Notes: generated by a model from the sequence alone, not told the origin. DNA of 64,000 nucleotides from an uncultured Gammaproteobacteria bacterium (GCA_964588165.1 CAZPMS010000003.1:10031-74030); one strand, 5' to 3'. Positions 35,267 to 45,451 are shown, numbered from the stretch's first letter. Numbers and translations: made by a program.

Positions 35267-36607
35267 TTATTCAGTGGCAATTTGAATTGCTTTTTCTGTC
35301 CTTCTGATATCTGCCAATAAGCCGGATCGTTTTTTATTAAAAAGAATTAACTCCAATACACATTTACCGCCATTTTTAGCGAAATTGCATCTTTCGCCGA
35401 TTTTTTTATTGGTTTTAGAACCATGATAAGAAGAAAGCTCTTTTATTTTGATTACTCCAAGAAGCTGGGATAAGACACCTTCGTTTTTAGGATAAAATTT
35501 AAGCACCGCCGAATAACCTTTAACTGTTTTCCTAACAACGGGCTGTTTAGGAATCCTAACTAATAAATCATTCAGGGCGTGATCAAAATTATAAGAAAGC
35601 TGGTACAACTGATGTCTAAAGCCGCCCATTCTGGCACCGGCCTCAATCACTTTCCAGCCAGCCTCGGTTTTCATTAATTCTATATGAACAGTAGTGCTTC
35701 TTAAGCCCAAGGCTAAAACTGACTTGGCCGCTATAACCTGGGCTTCTTTTTCTGATTCATTATTTAATAATGTGGGAGTTATCTGAGTGTAGCCAAAAAA
35801 GTCATCAAATCCTATTGAACGTCCGGTTTTAACATTCACTGTGGGGCAAAATATAATCTTGCCGGCAGCTGAAACATAGGCATCTATTGAATATTGTTCG
35901 CCATCTAAAAATTTTTCCACCAAAACCTTGGGTTCTTCTTTTCTTTTATTCTCTTTATAGATGCTATTTATCTTTTTAAAAACAGTATTTAAAGATTTTT
36001 CCAGCTCTTCCTCATGAAAACAAATAGTTACCAGCAAGCTAGAAGCCAAGCCTGCCGGTTTAATAACCAAAGGAAAGCCGACTTTTTCTTTTATTTCTTT
36101 GATTGAAGATTTATTACTGCCGGTAGCTACAATAAATTTAGGACAAATTTCTTTATCATAATTAAAAAGATATTGCCTCATCATTAATTTATCAGTAGAT
36201 CTGATTAAAGAATCATCAGTTGGCGCATTTAGATAAGGCAAATGTGGTATAACTTTTGCAAAATTTAAAATCTGCCTTTCTTCACGGCAACTAACTACCA
36301 TAATCCTTTCTTGATATTTTGCCAAAGCCTCAGCTATTTTAAGAGGCTTATAAAGATCGCAATCAATGTATAAATCTACGTTGCTGTTGCCATTCTCTTT
36401 TAACGAAGGTAATCTAGAATCTCTTATCACAGCCAGCTTTAGCTTTTTCTTTAAAATCTTACCAAGTTTTTTAACTGCTTCAACATTTTCATCCCTTATT
36501 TCATTGATAAATAATACTATATCTTTATCCTTATTTTTATCTTCTTTGGTAGGATCTAATTCTTCTGCGAACTTTTTAATTAAGGTTAAAACATTGCTCT
36601 TTGGCAT
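35267..36607 (-). CDS. ATP-grasp domain enzyme (carboxylate-amine ligase-like)
   Basis: ATP-grasp core blocks (LVEKFLDGEQYSIDAYV, TVHIELMKTEAGWKVIEAGARMGG). Flanked by imperfect direct repeats of about 60 bp. Confidence 0.55.
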   Translation of the reverse strand: MPKSNVLTLIKKFAEELDPTKEDKNKDKDIVLFINEIRDENVEAVKKLGKILKKKLKLAVIRDSRLPSLKENGNSNVDLYIDCDLYKPLKIAEALAKYQERIMVVSCREERQILNFAKVIPHLPYLNAPTDDSLIRSTDKLMMRQYLFNYDKEICPKFIVATGSNKSSIKEIKEKVGFPLVIKPAGLASSLLVTICFHEEELEKSLNTVFKKINSIYKENKRKEEPKVLVEKFLDGEQYSIDAYVSAAGKIIFCPTVNVKTGRSIGFDDFFGYTQITPTLLNNESEKEAQVIAAKSVLALGLRSTTVHIELMKTEAGWKVIEAGARMGGFRHQLYQLSYNFDHALNDLLVRIPKQPVVRKTVKGYSAVLKFYPKNEGVLSQLLGVIKIKELSSYHGSKTNKKIGERCNFAKNGGKCVLELILFNKKRSGLLADIRRTEKAIQIATE

Positions 36608-36939
36608 ATGATTTATTTAAAAATATAAAAAAATATGAAGTCTATATTATACTTTCTTTAAACAAATAATGCAATATAAAGATATTTGAACTGTCGGTGA
36701 AAAATGGAAGTATTTTTTTAAACTGGTTAATAAAAAAACCCTGATTAAGAAATCCGGGTTTTTGTTTTCTTTCTGTTGTCAATAAAAACATAGATAATAA
36801 GCAAAAAGAAAACTGCTCCGGGACCCAAAAAAATAAAAAGTGCTAGTGATACAAACATAAGGACTATTAATCCCAGAAACTGTGAACCAAACATGGTTTC
36901 CTCCGACTATTTCAAAAAACTATTTCTTCCAAAACCTTA

Positions 36940-37140
36940 TCACTTGATTGGGTTTGGGTGTTTAGAATATAACTCGCAGGCCTTATTGATAGAGTCCACT
37001 AGGCTCTGAAAAGCAAAAAACTCGGCTAACTGCCTATTGCCAAGCACCTCTTCGCTTGGAGCTTTTGGTCTTGGCAGCCGGCGAAGGCAAACTGGCCTAC
37101 TAATACTAATTGGCAAGTTACTGCCATTTCTACGAGACAT
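36940..37140 (-). CDS. Small hypothetical protein (66 aa), GC-rich
   Basis: RBS ggaggtatgt before the ATG. No homology recognised. Confidence 0.3.
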   Translation of the reverse strand: MSRRNGSNLPISISRPVCLRRLPRPKAPSEEVLGNRQLAEFFAFQSLVDSINKACELYSKHPNPIK

Positions 37141-37178
37141 ACATACCTCCGTGTAATGTACAAAAACTATTTAAACTT

Positions 37179-37967
37179 TTATAAACTAAAGTTCGCTGTT
37201 AAATAACCTACGCCAAACGGACTCTCATAACTCAAAACTTCTGGTTGATAATTAATTTCCGAAAAAGCACCAAGTAATATTAAAATGGATCTTAGGCCGC
37301 ATTCGCCGGCTTCTTCTATTAATTTTTTATCTAATTTTAAAATATCTTCGGTTTTTTTGTTTTTCAAAAATTCAATCAGCTTATCGTCAAATTCTTTACC
37401 TTTGGCACTGTAGCCTGCCGGTGCATCTTTTGTCAAACGGTGGGATAAATCACCAGAAGCAATTATGGCCACCCGCTTGGTGGTTTTATCCAATTGTTTC
37501 CTAATCTGGTGGCCAAAATCAAGATGGTCTTTAAATGACTGCAAGGAGTAACCAATCGGAATTACCTTAACTTCTTTTAAGTGCTGGGTTAAATAATAAA
37601 GAGGTACGGTTGAACCATGGTCCAATTCATCTTCAGTAGTTAAAACTACCGGCATCTTAGTTTCCAAACGTTCGCGCAGCTGATAACCCAAGCCCAGATC
37701 GTTTTTAAATTCTAAAGTTGTTTCCAAATCACCAAAATCTTTAAAACCGCCTTTTAAAACAGGGGAGTGGTTTATGGTAAAAGCTTCGGAAGTTAAATTG
37801 CCATGAGGTGAAACAATAATAATCGTATCAGGCTTTTTTGAATACAAACTGTTTTCCAGCTCTTCTAAAGCTTCTTTGGTTTTAGAAATCTGTTTTAAAT
37901 TGTCCTGGCCGATAGTCGGAATTAATATCGGAGGATGGGGGCATATGGCCCCAAAAATAAGCGGCAT
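37179..37967 (-). CDS. LigB/Memo-superfamily protein (class III extradiol-dioxygenase-like), candidate AmrB-type partner
   Basis: 262 aa with MP..FG..CPHPP and IIIVSPHG motifs, and a SGDLSHRL block typical of the LigB/Memo fold. Confidence 0.5.
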   Translation of the reverse strand: MPLIFGAICPHPPILIPTIGQDNLKQISKTKEALEELENSLYSKKPDTIIIVSPHGNLTSEAFTINHSPVLKGGFKDFGDLETTLEFKNDLGLGYQLRERLETKMPVVLTTEDELDHGSTVPLYYLTQHLKEVKVIPIGYSLQSFKDHLDFGHQIRKQLDKTTKRVAIIASGDLSHRLTKDAPAGYSAKGKEFDDKLIEFLKNKKTEDILKLDKKLIEEAGECGLRSILILLGAFSEINYQPEVLSYESPFGVGYLTANFSL

Positions 37968-38062
37968 AAACTACGAATTACTAATTTGTACCAATATACG
38001 AATAAAATATTTTATCAGGCATCTAAAATTCGTATATTAGTAATGATTTGTAATTAGTAGTT
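37965..38062. repeat. Palindromic TACGAAT/ATTCGTA intergenic element, copy B
   Basis: Outer arms actacgaattactaat / attagtag plus inner tacgaata / attcgtata pairs. Same architecture as 25536-25624. Confidence 0.6.
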
Positions 38063-39641
38063 AACTTGGGTTGTCATTCAAACTCTCTACCTCATCAATA
38101 ACTTCTTCTGTAGCAGTTGGATTTTCTGCTTCTAATGCCTCGCCTTCTTCTACCAGACTTTCAATTTCATCATCATTATCGGCCCAACCGGGTATTAAGG
38201 AGGTGTCTAAATATTCCAAGGTTTCTCCGGTTGGATGAATATCTATTGCCTGCTTGTTTGTTTCAATTATTTTATTCCATTGGTAATCCCTGGAGGTAAA
38301 CGAAGTCTCGTCAGCAATTGGCAGCTTGCGTCCGTTTGATATAACATAAACCACATCACTTTCATCTGACTTCACCAAAACGCCATCTTTAAATTTAACG
38401 GCTTCACCCTTGGGATATTTGGCCAGTTCATCTGTATGGCCGGATAAAATCGTTTGGTTTGGATAATTAACTTTTAGAATTTCCTGTGAAAATATTGGGT
38501 ACTTAATGCCGCTGTTAACATAATATATTCCGCCCGAAGTTGCATCTTTAATTAAAGCGCCAGTAGGATAAGCCGAAGTTAAAGTAATTTCAGCTCCAAA
38601 AGAAAGGCCGGCTAAATCTGCATCGGTTACTTCTTCCACTTCTTCCGGGTTAAAGCCTAAAGTTCTAAAAACTTCCATTTCGGCAATTTTTCTTAAAGAG
38701 TCATCAACTAACAAATAAATATCTCCGGCGGAATTTTTTAAAAGTGAATATTGAGGAAATTTAATTTCTGCGCCAAGTTCATATTGGTCCAGTTCCGTAG
38801 AATCAACCGTAATTATATTTGAAGGGTCATATCTTGTAACTAAAGAACTAAAAGTGGCAAACGGACGCTTTAGGCCATTATAGATTAAATAAACTTTATC
38901 ACTATCTGCTGACTTTAATAAAGAGCCAGCCGGCCTAAAAACTGATTGCTCAAACCAGCTGTTCCAAATTTTCCAAAAATTATAATTGGCGCCAATTTTA
39001 TAGCCATCCACTACAGTGCCGCCTCTGTAAGGATTATAAGTATATAAAGCTGCTGTAATTTTATTTTGTGGAATAATTAATTGGTAATCCTGGGTTTCTT
39101 TAGGATCGCCTATACACCACTTGGTAAAAGTGCAATAATAATTTTTTTTATGAAGCCCTTTAACGTTAAGGTCGGCAATATAGTTGTTTATGATTTTATT
39201 GGCCATTGACCTTATCTGCATGCCAAAGCCTTTGTATTTATCCAAACAAATTCCGCCATAGCAACTGTAGCCTACAGCCCAATCGTATTGGCTTTGCGAA
39301 GGATTGTTATCTGTTACCAAACTTTGTTCTTTTTGCAGCATGGTTAAAATAAATTTTGGGCTGATTTTAAATTCCTGTGCTGTTTGCCATATAACCCAAT
39401 AAGCCGGCAATTTAACCACCGGGTCTATATATGTGCCCAGGGTGCCTCCCTTGGAATCTACAAAATCCCGAATCTGCTCAACAGTCATGGAATTGTAATC
39501 GCCTAAAGAAGCATCTGATAGTATGTTATTGGGATTGAAATCTAGGTTGGTTTCATAAAAAGAAACGCCTGCCAAAACAGGCAGGATTGGGTAAAAAAGT
39601 AATCCAAATAGAATAGATATAATTATCCTTTTATTTTTCAT
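38061..39641 (-). CDS. Large secreted hypothetical protein with an acidic C-terminal tail
   Basis: Signal peptide (ISILFGLLFYPILPVLAG), 526 aa, acidic (E/D-rich) C-terminus. Confidence 0.5.
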   Translation of the reverse strand: MKNKRIIISILFGLLFYPILPVLAGVSFYETNLDFNPNNILSDASLGDYNSMTVEQIRDFVDSKGGTLGTYIDPVVKLPAYWVIWQTAQEFKISPKFILTMLQKEQSLVTDNNPSQSQYDWAVGYSCYGGICLDKYKGFGMQIRSMANKIINNYIADLNVKGLHKKNYYCTFTKWCIGDPKETQDYQLIIPQNKITAALYTYNPYRGGTVVDGYKIGANYNFWKIWNSWFEQSVFRPAGSLLKSADSDKVYLIYNGLKRPFATFSSLVTRYDPSNIITVDSTELDQYELGAEIKFPQYSLLKNSAGDIYLLVDDSLRKIAEMEVFRTLGFNPEEVEEVTDADLAGLSFGAEITLTSAYPTGALIKDATSGGIYYVNSGIKYPIFSQEILKVNYPNQTILSGHTDELAKYPKGEAVKFKDGVLVKSDESDVVYVISNGRKLPIADETSFTSRDYQWNKIIETNKQAIDIHPTGETLEYLDTSLIPGWADNDDEIESLVEEGEALEAENPTATEEVIDEVESLNDNPS

Positions 39642-39686
39642 TTTTATTATTATTTATTAATTATCCATCTCTATGGTACCATTTTT

Positions 39687-40724
39687 TCAGGCTTTTTTCA
39701 ATGGCAGCTTAAATTTGCACTTAACACACTTGCCATTTTCATCATGTAAAGTTATTTGATAGCCTAATCTCTTTATTACCAGCTCATTGCATTTAGGGCA
39801 AAAACTATTTTCCCTCTTATCACCATAAACATTCCCCACATAAATATAATTTAATCCCGCTTGCTTGCCAATTTGATAAACCTGATCAATTAGCTTATCA
39901 GAAGTTTCTTGGCCATCGTGCAATTTGTAAGAAATTTCCGGAGAGAATTTAGAAATATGCCAAGGTACATCATTAGATAGTTTCCGGCTGATAAATTCAG
40001 CAATCATTTTCGGCTGGCCATTAATATCAGTTAATCCGGGAATTAGCAAAGTAGTTACCTCCAGTAATACATTTTGCCGGCTTAAATATTTCAAATTTTC
40101 CAAAATCGGTTCCAGTTTACAGCCACAATTTTTTAAATATATTATATTATCAAAAAATTTCAAATCAATATTAATGGCATCAAGATAGGGGAGAATAGCT
40201 TTAAAAGCAATCTGGCTCATGTAGCCATTAGAAACCCATACATTAAACAAACCTTCTTGTTTTGCCAGCTTCATGCAATTTAGGGCAAAGTCGGTAAAAA
40301 TTGTCGGCTCGGTGTAAGTGTATGAGATCGACTGACATCCAAAATCAACTGCTCTTTTAACAACTTCTTCAGCTGTCACTTTATAGCCAGGCAAGCTTGT
40401 CCCCCTTCCCTTATCCCTTGTCCCTAACTTAGATCCTTGGCTTATTTGCCAATTCTGGCAGTTGTCACATCTTAAGTTACAGCCGATAGTGGCAATGGAA
40501 TAAGTTTTGCTGCCGGGTAAAAAATGGAAAATCGGCTTTTTCTCAATTGGATCCACCTCCTCAGTGATCAGACGGCCATAATTCAAACTCATTAGTTTAC
40601 CGTTAATATTTTGCCTAACTCCGCAAATACCTAAATCACCGTCACCTAACAGGCAATAATGATTGCATAAAAGGCATTTAACTTGCCGGGTGCCTTTTTT
40701 TTCATAAAATTGGGATTCTATCAT
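39687..40724 (-). CDS. AmmeMemoRadiSam-system radical SAM enzyme (AmrS-like)
   Basis: N-terminal CLLCNHYC and a radical-SAM cluster CNLRCDNCQNWQIS, characteristic of AmrS/pyruvate-formate-lyase-activase-like enzymes. Confidence 0.7.
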   Translation of the reverse strand: MIESQFYEKKGTRQVKCLLCNHYCLLGDGDLGICGVRQNINGKLMSLNYGRLITEEVDPIEKKPIFHFLPGSKTYSIATIGCNLRCDNCQNWQISQGSKLGTRDKGRGTSLPGYKVTAEEVVKRAVDFGCQSISYTYTEPTIFTDFALNCMKLAKQEGLFNVWVSNGYMSQIAFKAILPYLDAINIDLKFFDNIIYLKNCGCKLEPILENLKYLSRQNVLLEVTTLLIPGLTDINGQPKMIAEFISRKLSNDVPWHISKFSPEISYKLHDGQETSDKLIDQVYQIGKQAGLNYIYVGNVYGDKRENSFCPKCNELVIKRLGYQITLHDENGKCVKCKFKLPLKKA

Positions 40725-41038
40725 AAATTAATTATAGCAAAATTAAAACCGTCGAGCGAAAGCCCAACGGTTAGGTGAGAAAAAGAGCCAAAAAATTAAC
40801 ATTCATTTTGTCTTTTACCTCCAAAAATCCATCCGATATACGCTAAACAACCCAGAGTTATTAGGCTATAAAAAACAAAATAACCTCCAGCGTTGCCTGC
40901 TAAACCTGCTCTAGCGATAAATTCTTCCCAAATCATGGCATCCTCCAGTAAAAACAAGTTTGGCAACTAACTTAAACTTAAATAATATTTTTAATTATGT
41001 CAATTGAATATTAACCTTTAAAATGTTAAAATAAGCCC

Positions 41039-41587
41039 ATGAAAAGAGTATTTTTAGGTATTGATTTACCGGAAAAATTAAAAGAAAAAATTCAAAAATT
41101 AAAAATGGAAAGCGGGCTTAAAGCTTTGCCAATTAAACTGGTAGAGCCCGAAAACAGCCATATTGCCATTAAATTTTTAGATGAGCTTTCTGATGTGCAA
41201 ATTGAACAACTGGATAACATAGTAAACCAAACAATTGCCGGGTTTAAAAGCTTTGAAATTAAAATTGAAAATGTCTTGGCTTTCCCTAATTTCTTCCAGC
41301 CGCGGGTGTTGTCTTTAAAAATAAATAGCATCAACTTAGAAGGCTTGGTAAAAAAACTTTCCAGTAATTTTAGCCAGCTGGATTTTATTTCTGATGAGGA
41401 AAAAAAATACACTCCCCACATTACTTTAGGCAGGATCAAAGATAAGCTTTCTAAAATTGATTCGGAAAAAATTGCAAAAATTATTTTTGAAGATGAAGTT
41501 ATTATTAATGAAATTCATTTATTTGCCAGCCAGCTAACTGCCGAAGGTCCTATTTACACTATTTTAAAAACTTACAACCTTAGATAA
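41039..41587 (+). CDS. thpR: 2'-5' RNA ligase / 2H phosphoesterase (ThpR/LigT family)
   Basis: Two H-x-T/S-type motifs (SHIAIKF, PHITLGR), 182 aa. Confidence 0.6.
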   Translation: MKRVFLGIDLPEKLKEKIQKLKMESGLKALPIKLVEPENSHIAIKFLDELSDVQIEQLDNIVNQTIAGFKSFEIKIENVLAFPNFFQPRVLSLKINSINLEGLVKKLSSNFSQLDFISDEEKKYTPHITLGRIKDKLSKIDSEKIAKIIFEDEVIINEIHLFASQLTAEGPIYTILKTYNLR

Positions 41588-41589
41588 CC

Positions 41590-42471
41590 ATGAAAGTAGA
41601 TATTCTAGGAACTCAAATTGATTCTCTTACTCAAGCCCAGGCTCTTGATAAAATCGACTTATTTCTTAATCATCAGCCATTAGCCATCCGGCCTCAACGG
41701 CAGGCAGGTAGTCATCAAATAATCACTGCAAATCCGGAAATTATTTTAGAAGCCTGGGCTAACAAAAAATACCGGGAGCTAATCAATAAAGCAAATTTAG
41801 TTTTGGCTGACGGCATTGGCGTATTATGGGCTGCTAAATTTTTATCTTTAAAATCTGATTCAATTTTTACAACTGTAGCCCAGCTGATTGTGAGCTTATT
41901 CAGTTTAGTTTTCCAACCGGATTATTGCAGGGAAGTTTTGCCCCAAAGAATCGCCGGCGTGGATATAATGGAAAAAATTTGTGAACAAGCTTCTAAACAA
42001 AATAAAAAAGTTTATTTACTGGGAGCAGAGGAGGGGGTGGCTAAAAAAACTGCCGATATTTTAAAAAAGAAATATTTAAATTTGAACATAGTCGGTTCAG
42101 AACCTGGACCAATTTTACAAACTACAACCTACCCACTACAACCTACAAATAACATCCAAGAAACAATAAATAAAATAAAAGATGTTCAACCCGATATATT
42201 GTTTGTAGCTTTTGGCGCCCCTAAACAAGACTTTTTTATAAACCAGTATCTTAATCAAATACCTTCGGTTAAAGTAGCCATAGGGGTGGGGGGCGCCTTT
42301 GACTTTATTTCCGGCAAAGCCAAGCGGGCTCCGCAAGTTTACCGTGATCTGGGCTTAGAATGGCTGCACCGGTTTTTTCATGAACCAAAAAGAGCCGTTA
42401 GAATTTTTAACGCCACTATTAAATTTATTTATAAAATAGTAATATTAAAAAATTATGGACAAAAAAATTGA
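41590..42471 (+). CDS. tagA: WecB/TagA/CpsF-family glycosyltransferase
   Basis: Family block VAFGAPKQDFFI and ADGIGVLWAAKF. Confidence 0.7.
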   Translation: MKVDILGTQIDSLTQAQALDKIDLFLNHQPLAIRPQRQAGSHQIITANPEIILEAWANKKYRELINKANLVLADGIGVLWAAKFLSLKSDSIFTTVAQLIVSLFSLVFQPDYCREVLPQRIAGVDIMEKICEQASKQNKKVYLLGAEEGVAKKTADILKKKYLNLNIVGSEPGPILQTTTYPLQPTNNIQETINKIKDVQPDILFVAFGAPKQDFFINQYLNQIPSVKVAIGVGGAFDFISGKAKRAPQVYRDLGLEWLHRFFHEPKRAVRIFNATIKFIYKIVILKNYGQKN

Positions 42472-42649
42472 TTGGAAACTTACTTTAGGAATTTTAGGCT
42501 GGTTTTTAATTGTCTTGGTCTGGATTTGGCAAACCCAAAGGTATTTTGAAAAAGATGACTTAGTTGGTGGAATTCTGCACATTCTAGTCGCCTTAACTTG
42601 GACTATTTTTGGTTTTGTTAGTACTAAAAAATATTTAAACAGTAAATAA
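42455..42649 (+). CDS. Small 2-TM membrane protein
   Basis: 64 aa, two hydrophobic helices. Overlaps the tagA stop. Confidence 0.3.
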   Translation: MDKKIDWKLTLGILGWFLIVLVWIWQTQRYFEKDDLVGGILHILVALTWTIFGFVSTKKYLNSK

Positions 42650-42703
42650 ATTTAAATAAAAAAGCCCAGATTTTTAATCTGGACTAATTGATTCCTTACA
42701 CGA

Positions 42704-42925
42704 TTAACTTTCTTGGACTGAAATAAATGTGCCGCTGGCTTCACAAAAAGAAGCTTCATGTCTATGAGATCGCAACATTTCTTCCCTTGGAATTTCACCG
42801 TCTTCAACCAAAAAATTCCTATCGCATATAAAGCATTTAATAAACTGTAGCCTAGGGCCGTTCCGAGTTTGAATTCTGATTCTAAAAAATGGCCACTTCG
42901 CGAAAGTAATCAATTGAAGTTTCAC
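42704..42925 (-). CDS. Small zinc-finger-like protein (GTG start after a ggaggg RBS)
   Basis: CFICD...HRHEASFC arrangement. GC-richer than the flanks. Confidence 0.3.
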   Translation of the reverse strand: MKLQLITFAKWPFFRIRIQTRNGPRLQFIKCFICDRNFLVEDGEIPREEMLRSHRHEASFCEASGTFISVQES

Positions 42926-43011
42926 AACACCCTCCAAGGTTTTTGGTACAATTTTATAAAAAAAATATATCACCTAATTAAAATTCAGTCAACATCTGCT
43001 ATAATAACTTT

Positions 43012-44457
43012 ATGACTAAAATTAAAACCAGATTTGCGCCTTCACCAACCGGTTACTTGCATATCGGCGGTTTAAGGACAGCTTTATATAATTACCTTTT
43101 TGCCAAACAAAATAAAGGCCAATTTGTTTTAAGAATAGAAGATACTGACCAGTCCAGGGAGGTAAAAGGAGCTACCCAAGATCTGATTCAAACCATGCAA
43201 AAAACCGGCCTAAATTGGGACGAAGGTCCATTTGTGAATAAAACCCTGAATATCACGGAAAAAGGCCAAAATAGCCCATATTTTCAGTCAAAAAGGCTTA
43301 AAATCTACCAAGAATATGCTGAGATGCTGGTTTCTGATAAAAAGGCTTATTATTGCTATTGCAGTCCGGAAAGATTGGTCAAGTTACGCAAGGATCAGGA
43401 GGCTAAAAAACTGGCTCCCAAATATGATGGCTGTTGCCGAGATAAAAATCAAAAACCAAAATCTGGCGATAAATATGTTATCAGGCTTAAAGTTCCTAAG
43501 GATGGGGAAGTAGTTTGTGATGATTTAATCAGGGGCAAAGTTAAAATTGACTACAGTGAAATTGACGACCAGGTTTTAATAAAATCTGACGGTTTTCCAA
43601 CTTACCATTTAGCTAATGTTATTGACGACCATTTAATGGGCATTACCCACGTTATCAGGGGAGAGGAATGGCTGCCTTCTACACCTAAGCATATTTTATT
43701 GTATGAAGCTTTTGGCTGGGACAAACCGATTTTTGCCCATCTGCCGCTTTTATTAAATAAAGATAAATCCAAACTTTCTAAACGCCAAGGTGATGTGGCA
43801 GTGGAAGATTATTTAACTAAAGGTTATCTGCCGGAGGCTTTGATAAATTATGTGGCCCTGCTTGGCTGGCATCCTAAAGATGATAGGGAATTATTTAGCT
43901 TAAAAGATTTGATAAAACATTTTTCTTTAAATAAAGTCCAAAAAGGTGGAGCCATTTTTGATACTGAAAAACTAAATTGGTTTAATTGCGAATATATTAA
44001 ACAAAAACCTGATAAAGAATTAATAAAATTGGTTAAAAAATTTCTACCTAATGCTGATGATAACTTTTTGGGAAAAATTATCAGAATTGAAAAACAACGT
44101 ATTAATTCTTTGTCAGAAATTTGTGAGAAAACCAGATACTTTTTTTCACAACCAAACTTTAACTCAAATATTCTAATATTTAAAAAATCAGATAAAGCCA
44201 AGACTTTAAATAGTTTAAAACTGGTTTTAGCTCAACTGACCAAGTTAAAAGAAGCCAAATGGAAAATAAAACATCTTCATAAAATTTTAGAAAAGATAGT
44301 AAAGCTTAACCAACTGACTAACGGCGATGTTTTTTGGCCTACAAGAGTAGCCGTTTCCGGATTGGAAAAGTCACCTTCACCGGAAGAAATCATAGAGGCC
44401 TTAGGCAAAGAAGAAAGCTTAACCAGAATAAAAAAAGCTATTGATAAACTGACATAG
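43012..44457 (+). CDS. gltX: Glutamyl-tRNA synthetase
   Basis: Class I HIGH (PTGYLHIGG) and KMSKS-like (KLSKR) motifs. Confidence 0.9.
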   Translation: MTKIKTRFAPSPTGYLHIGGLRTALYNYLFAKQNKGQFVLRIEDTDQSREVKGATQDLIQTMQKTGLNWDEGPFVNKTLNITEKGQNSPYFQSKRLKIYQEYAEMLVSDKKAYYCYCSPERLVKLRKDQEAKKLAPKYDGCCRDKNQKPKSGDKYVIRLKVPKDGEVVCDDLIRGKVKIDYSEIDDQVLIKSDGFPTYHLANVIDDHLMGITHVIRGEEWLPSTPKHILLYEAFGWDKPIFAHLPLLLNKDKSKLSKRQGDVAVEDYLTKGYLPEALINYVALLGWHPKDDRELFSLKDLIKHFSLNKVQKGGAIFDTEKLNWFNCEYIKQKPDKELIKLVKKFLPNADDNFLGKIIRIEKQRINSLSEICEKTRYFFSQPNFNSNILIFKKSDKAKTLNSLKLVLAQLTKLKEAKWKIKHLHKILEKIVKLNQLTNGDVFWPTRVAVSGLEKSPSPEEIIEALGKEESLTRIKKAIDKLT

Positions 44458-44491
44458 ATCACTTTTGTTCATTACATAAAGAAACAGGGGT

Positions 44492-44731
44492 TTGAAAGTG
44501 GAAAAGAAGAGCGAAAAAACTGCGACAGATAGTATTGATATTAATTGGACTTTGATTATAACTTTCGGTATCGCGATTATTATAGGTACACTGGTAGCAG
44601 TTTATTTTCCTGACTCTCATATTTCTACAAATAATCCAAATATTGAAATTACAGCGAGATGCCTATTTGGCTTCGTGGCATGTATTATTTCGGTGCCAAT
44701 AATTGGTGCCTTGGCCGGTGCCGTGAATTAA
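44492..44731 (+). CDS. Small 2-TM membrane protein
   Basis: 79 aa. Followed by terminator hairpin ctccgtttaatcataacgacggag plus a T-run. Confidence 0.4.
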   Translation: MKVEKKSEKTATDSIDINWTLIITFGIAIIIGTLVAVYFPDSHISTNNPNIEITARCLFGFVACIISVPIIGALAGAVN

Positions 44732-44766
44732 CCCCACTAATCCTTAACTCCGTTTAATCATAACGA

Positions 44767-44852
44767 CGGAGTTTTTATTTATATTGACAAAATTCTTAAT
44801 ATTTTATAGAATAAATTGATTTGTTCATCTGATTAACAGGAGGACCAAAGCC
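44767..44852 (+). promoter_or_regulatory. Promoter/leader module A (TTGACA, TATAGAAT, shared leader, AGGAGG)
   Basis: Near-identical to 45112-45187, including the first codons ATG ACA. Confidence 0.6.
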
Positions 44853-45080
44853 ATGACAAGCAATAACTACCCGTGCGTTGGTAAAGTTGTTGCTGAAACA
44901 GGTCTACACATTCAAAATCAACCAAAATCTAAAAGGCAAGGGCAGGCCACTAATCATCCAATGATTACTACTACAGAAAAGGAGAAAAAAAATCATGATT
45001 TTGGCTGTTTTTTAGTTTATCTGCTGCATGACCGCCCGGATCATTGGCCAGGACACCAACCTTCATTCAGTAAAAAATAA
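44853..45080 (+). CDS. Small hydrophilic hypothetical protein (75 aa)
   Basis: Driven by module A. Followed by terminator actccggtt...aactggagt plus a T-run. Confidence 0.4.
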   Translation: MTSNNYPCVGKVVAETGLHIQNQPKSKRQGQATNHPMITTTEKEKKNHDFGCFLVYLLHDRPDHWPGHQPSFSKK

Positions 45081-45111
45081 TAGACTCCGGTTAGTATTAA
45101 TAACTGGAGTT

Positions 45112-45187
45112 TTTTATATTGACAAAAGCTTGCATATTTTATAGGATAAATTGATTTGTTCATCAGATTAACAGGAGCACCAAAACC
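45112..45187 (+). promoter_or_regulatory. Promoter/leader module B (duplicate of module A)
   Basis: tattgacaaaagcttgcatattttataggataaattgatttgttcatcagattaacaggagcacc, about 90% identical to module A. Confidence 0.6.
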
Positions 45188-45451
45188 ATGACATACTTAA
45201 AGAAGAGGTTAGTAGATAACTTTTCTACTTGGTTAGTGGCTGTACTGATATTATTGGGGGGAATATTATCAACAGTTTTTTTTCTCAATAGCTTTATACT
45301 GTTCCTAAAATATCCAACTTGGGCATCGGGCGCACCAGTATTTAGTTCTTTATGTGCAATGATATTATCCTCGGTAGTTTCTTTTGTATACGGAATAAAG
45401 AAAAGCTCGAGCGAACAAAGAAACAAACACAGACCGATGCCAACTTTCTAA
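45188..45451 (+). CDS. Small 2-TM membrane protein (87 aa)
   Basis: Driven by module B. Unrelated in sequence to the 44853 ORF. Confidence 0.45.
   Translation: MTYLKKRLVDNFSTWLVAVLILLGGILSTVFFLNSFILFLKYPTWASGAPVFSSLCAMILSSVVSFVYGIKKSSSEQRNKHRPMPTF

Noticed and set aside
36754-36903. 49-aa - strand TM peptide with RBS cggaggaaacc, and a similar 46-aa peptide at 40797..40937 (RBS ctggaggatgcc)
   Set aside because: These are plausible small membrane proteins with good SDs. They are below the ORF-track cutoff and I have no homology support, so they are noted but not listed as features.
42974-43011. The ttgtcaata motif recurring across the window as a possible mobile-element signature
   Set aside because: It is simply the reverse complement of TTGACAA, that is the -35 of consensus promoters for - strand genes. 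It is used by host genes too (for example gltX at 42980-43000 on the + strand).
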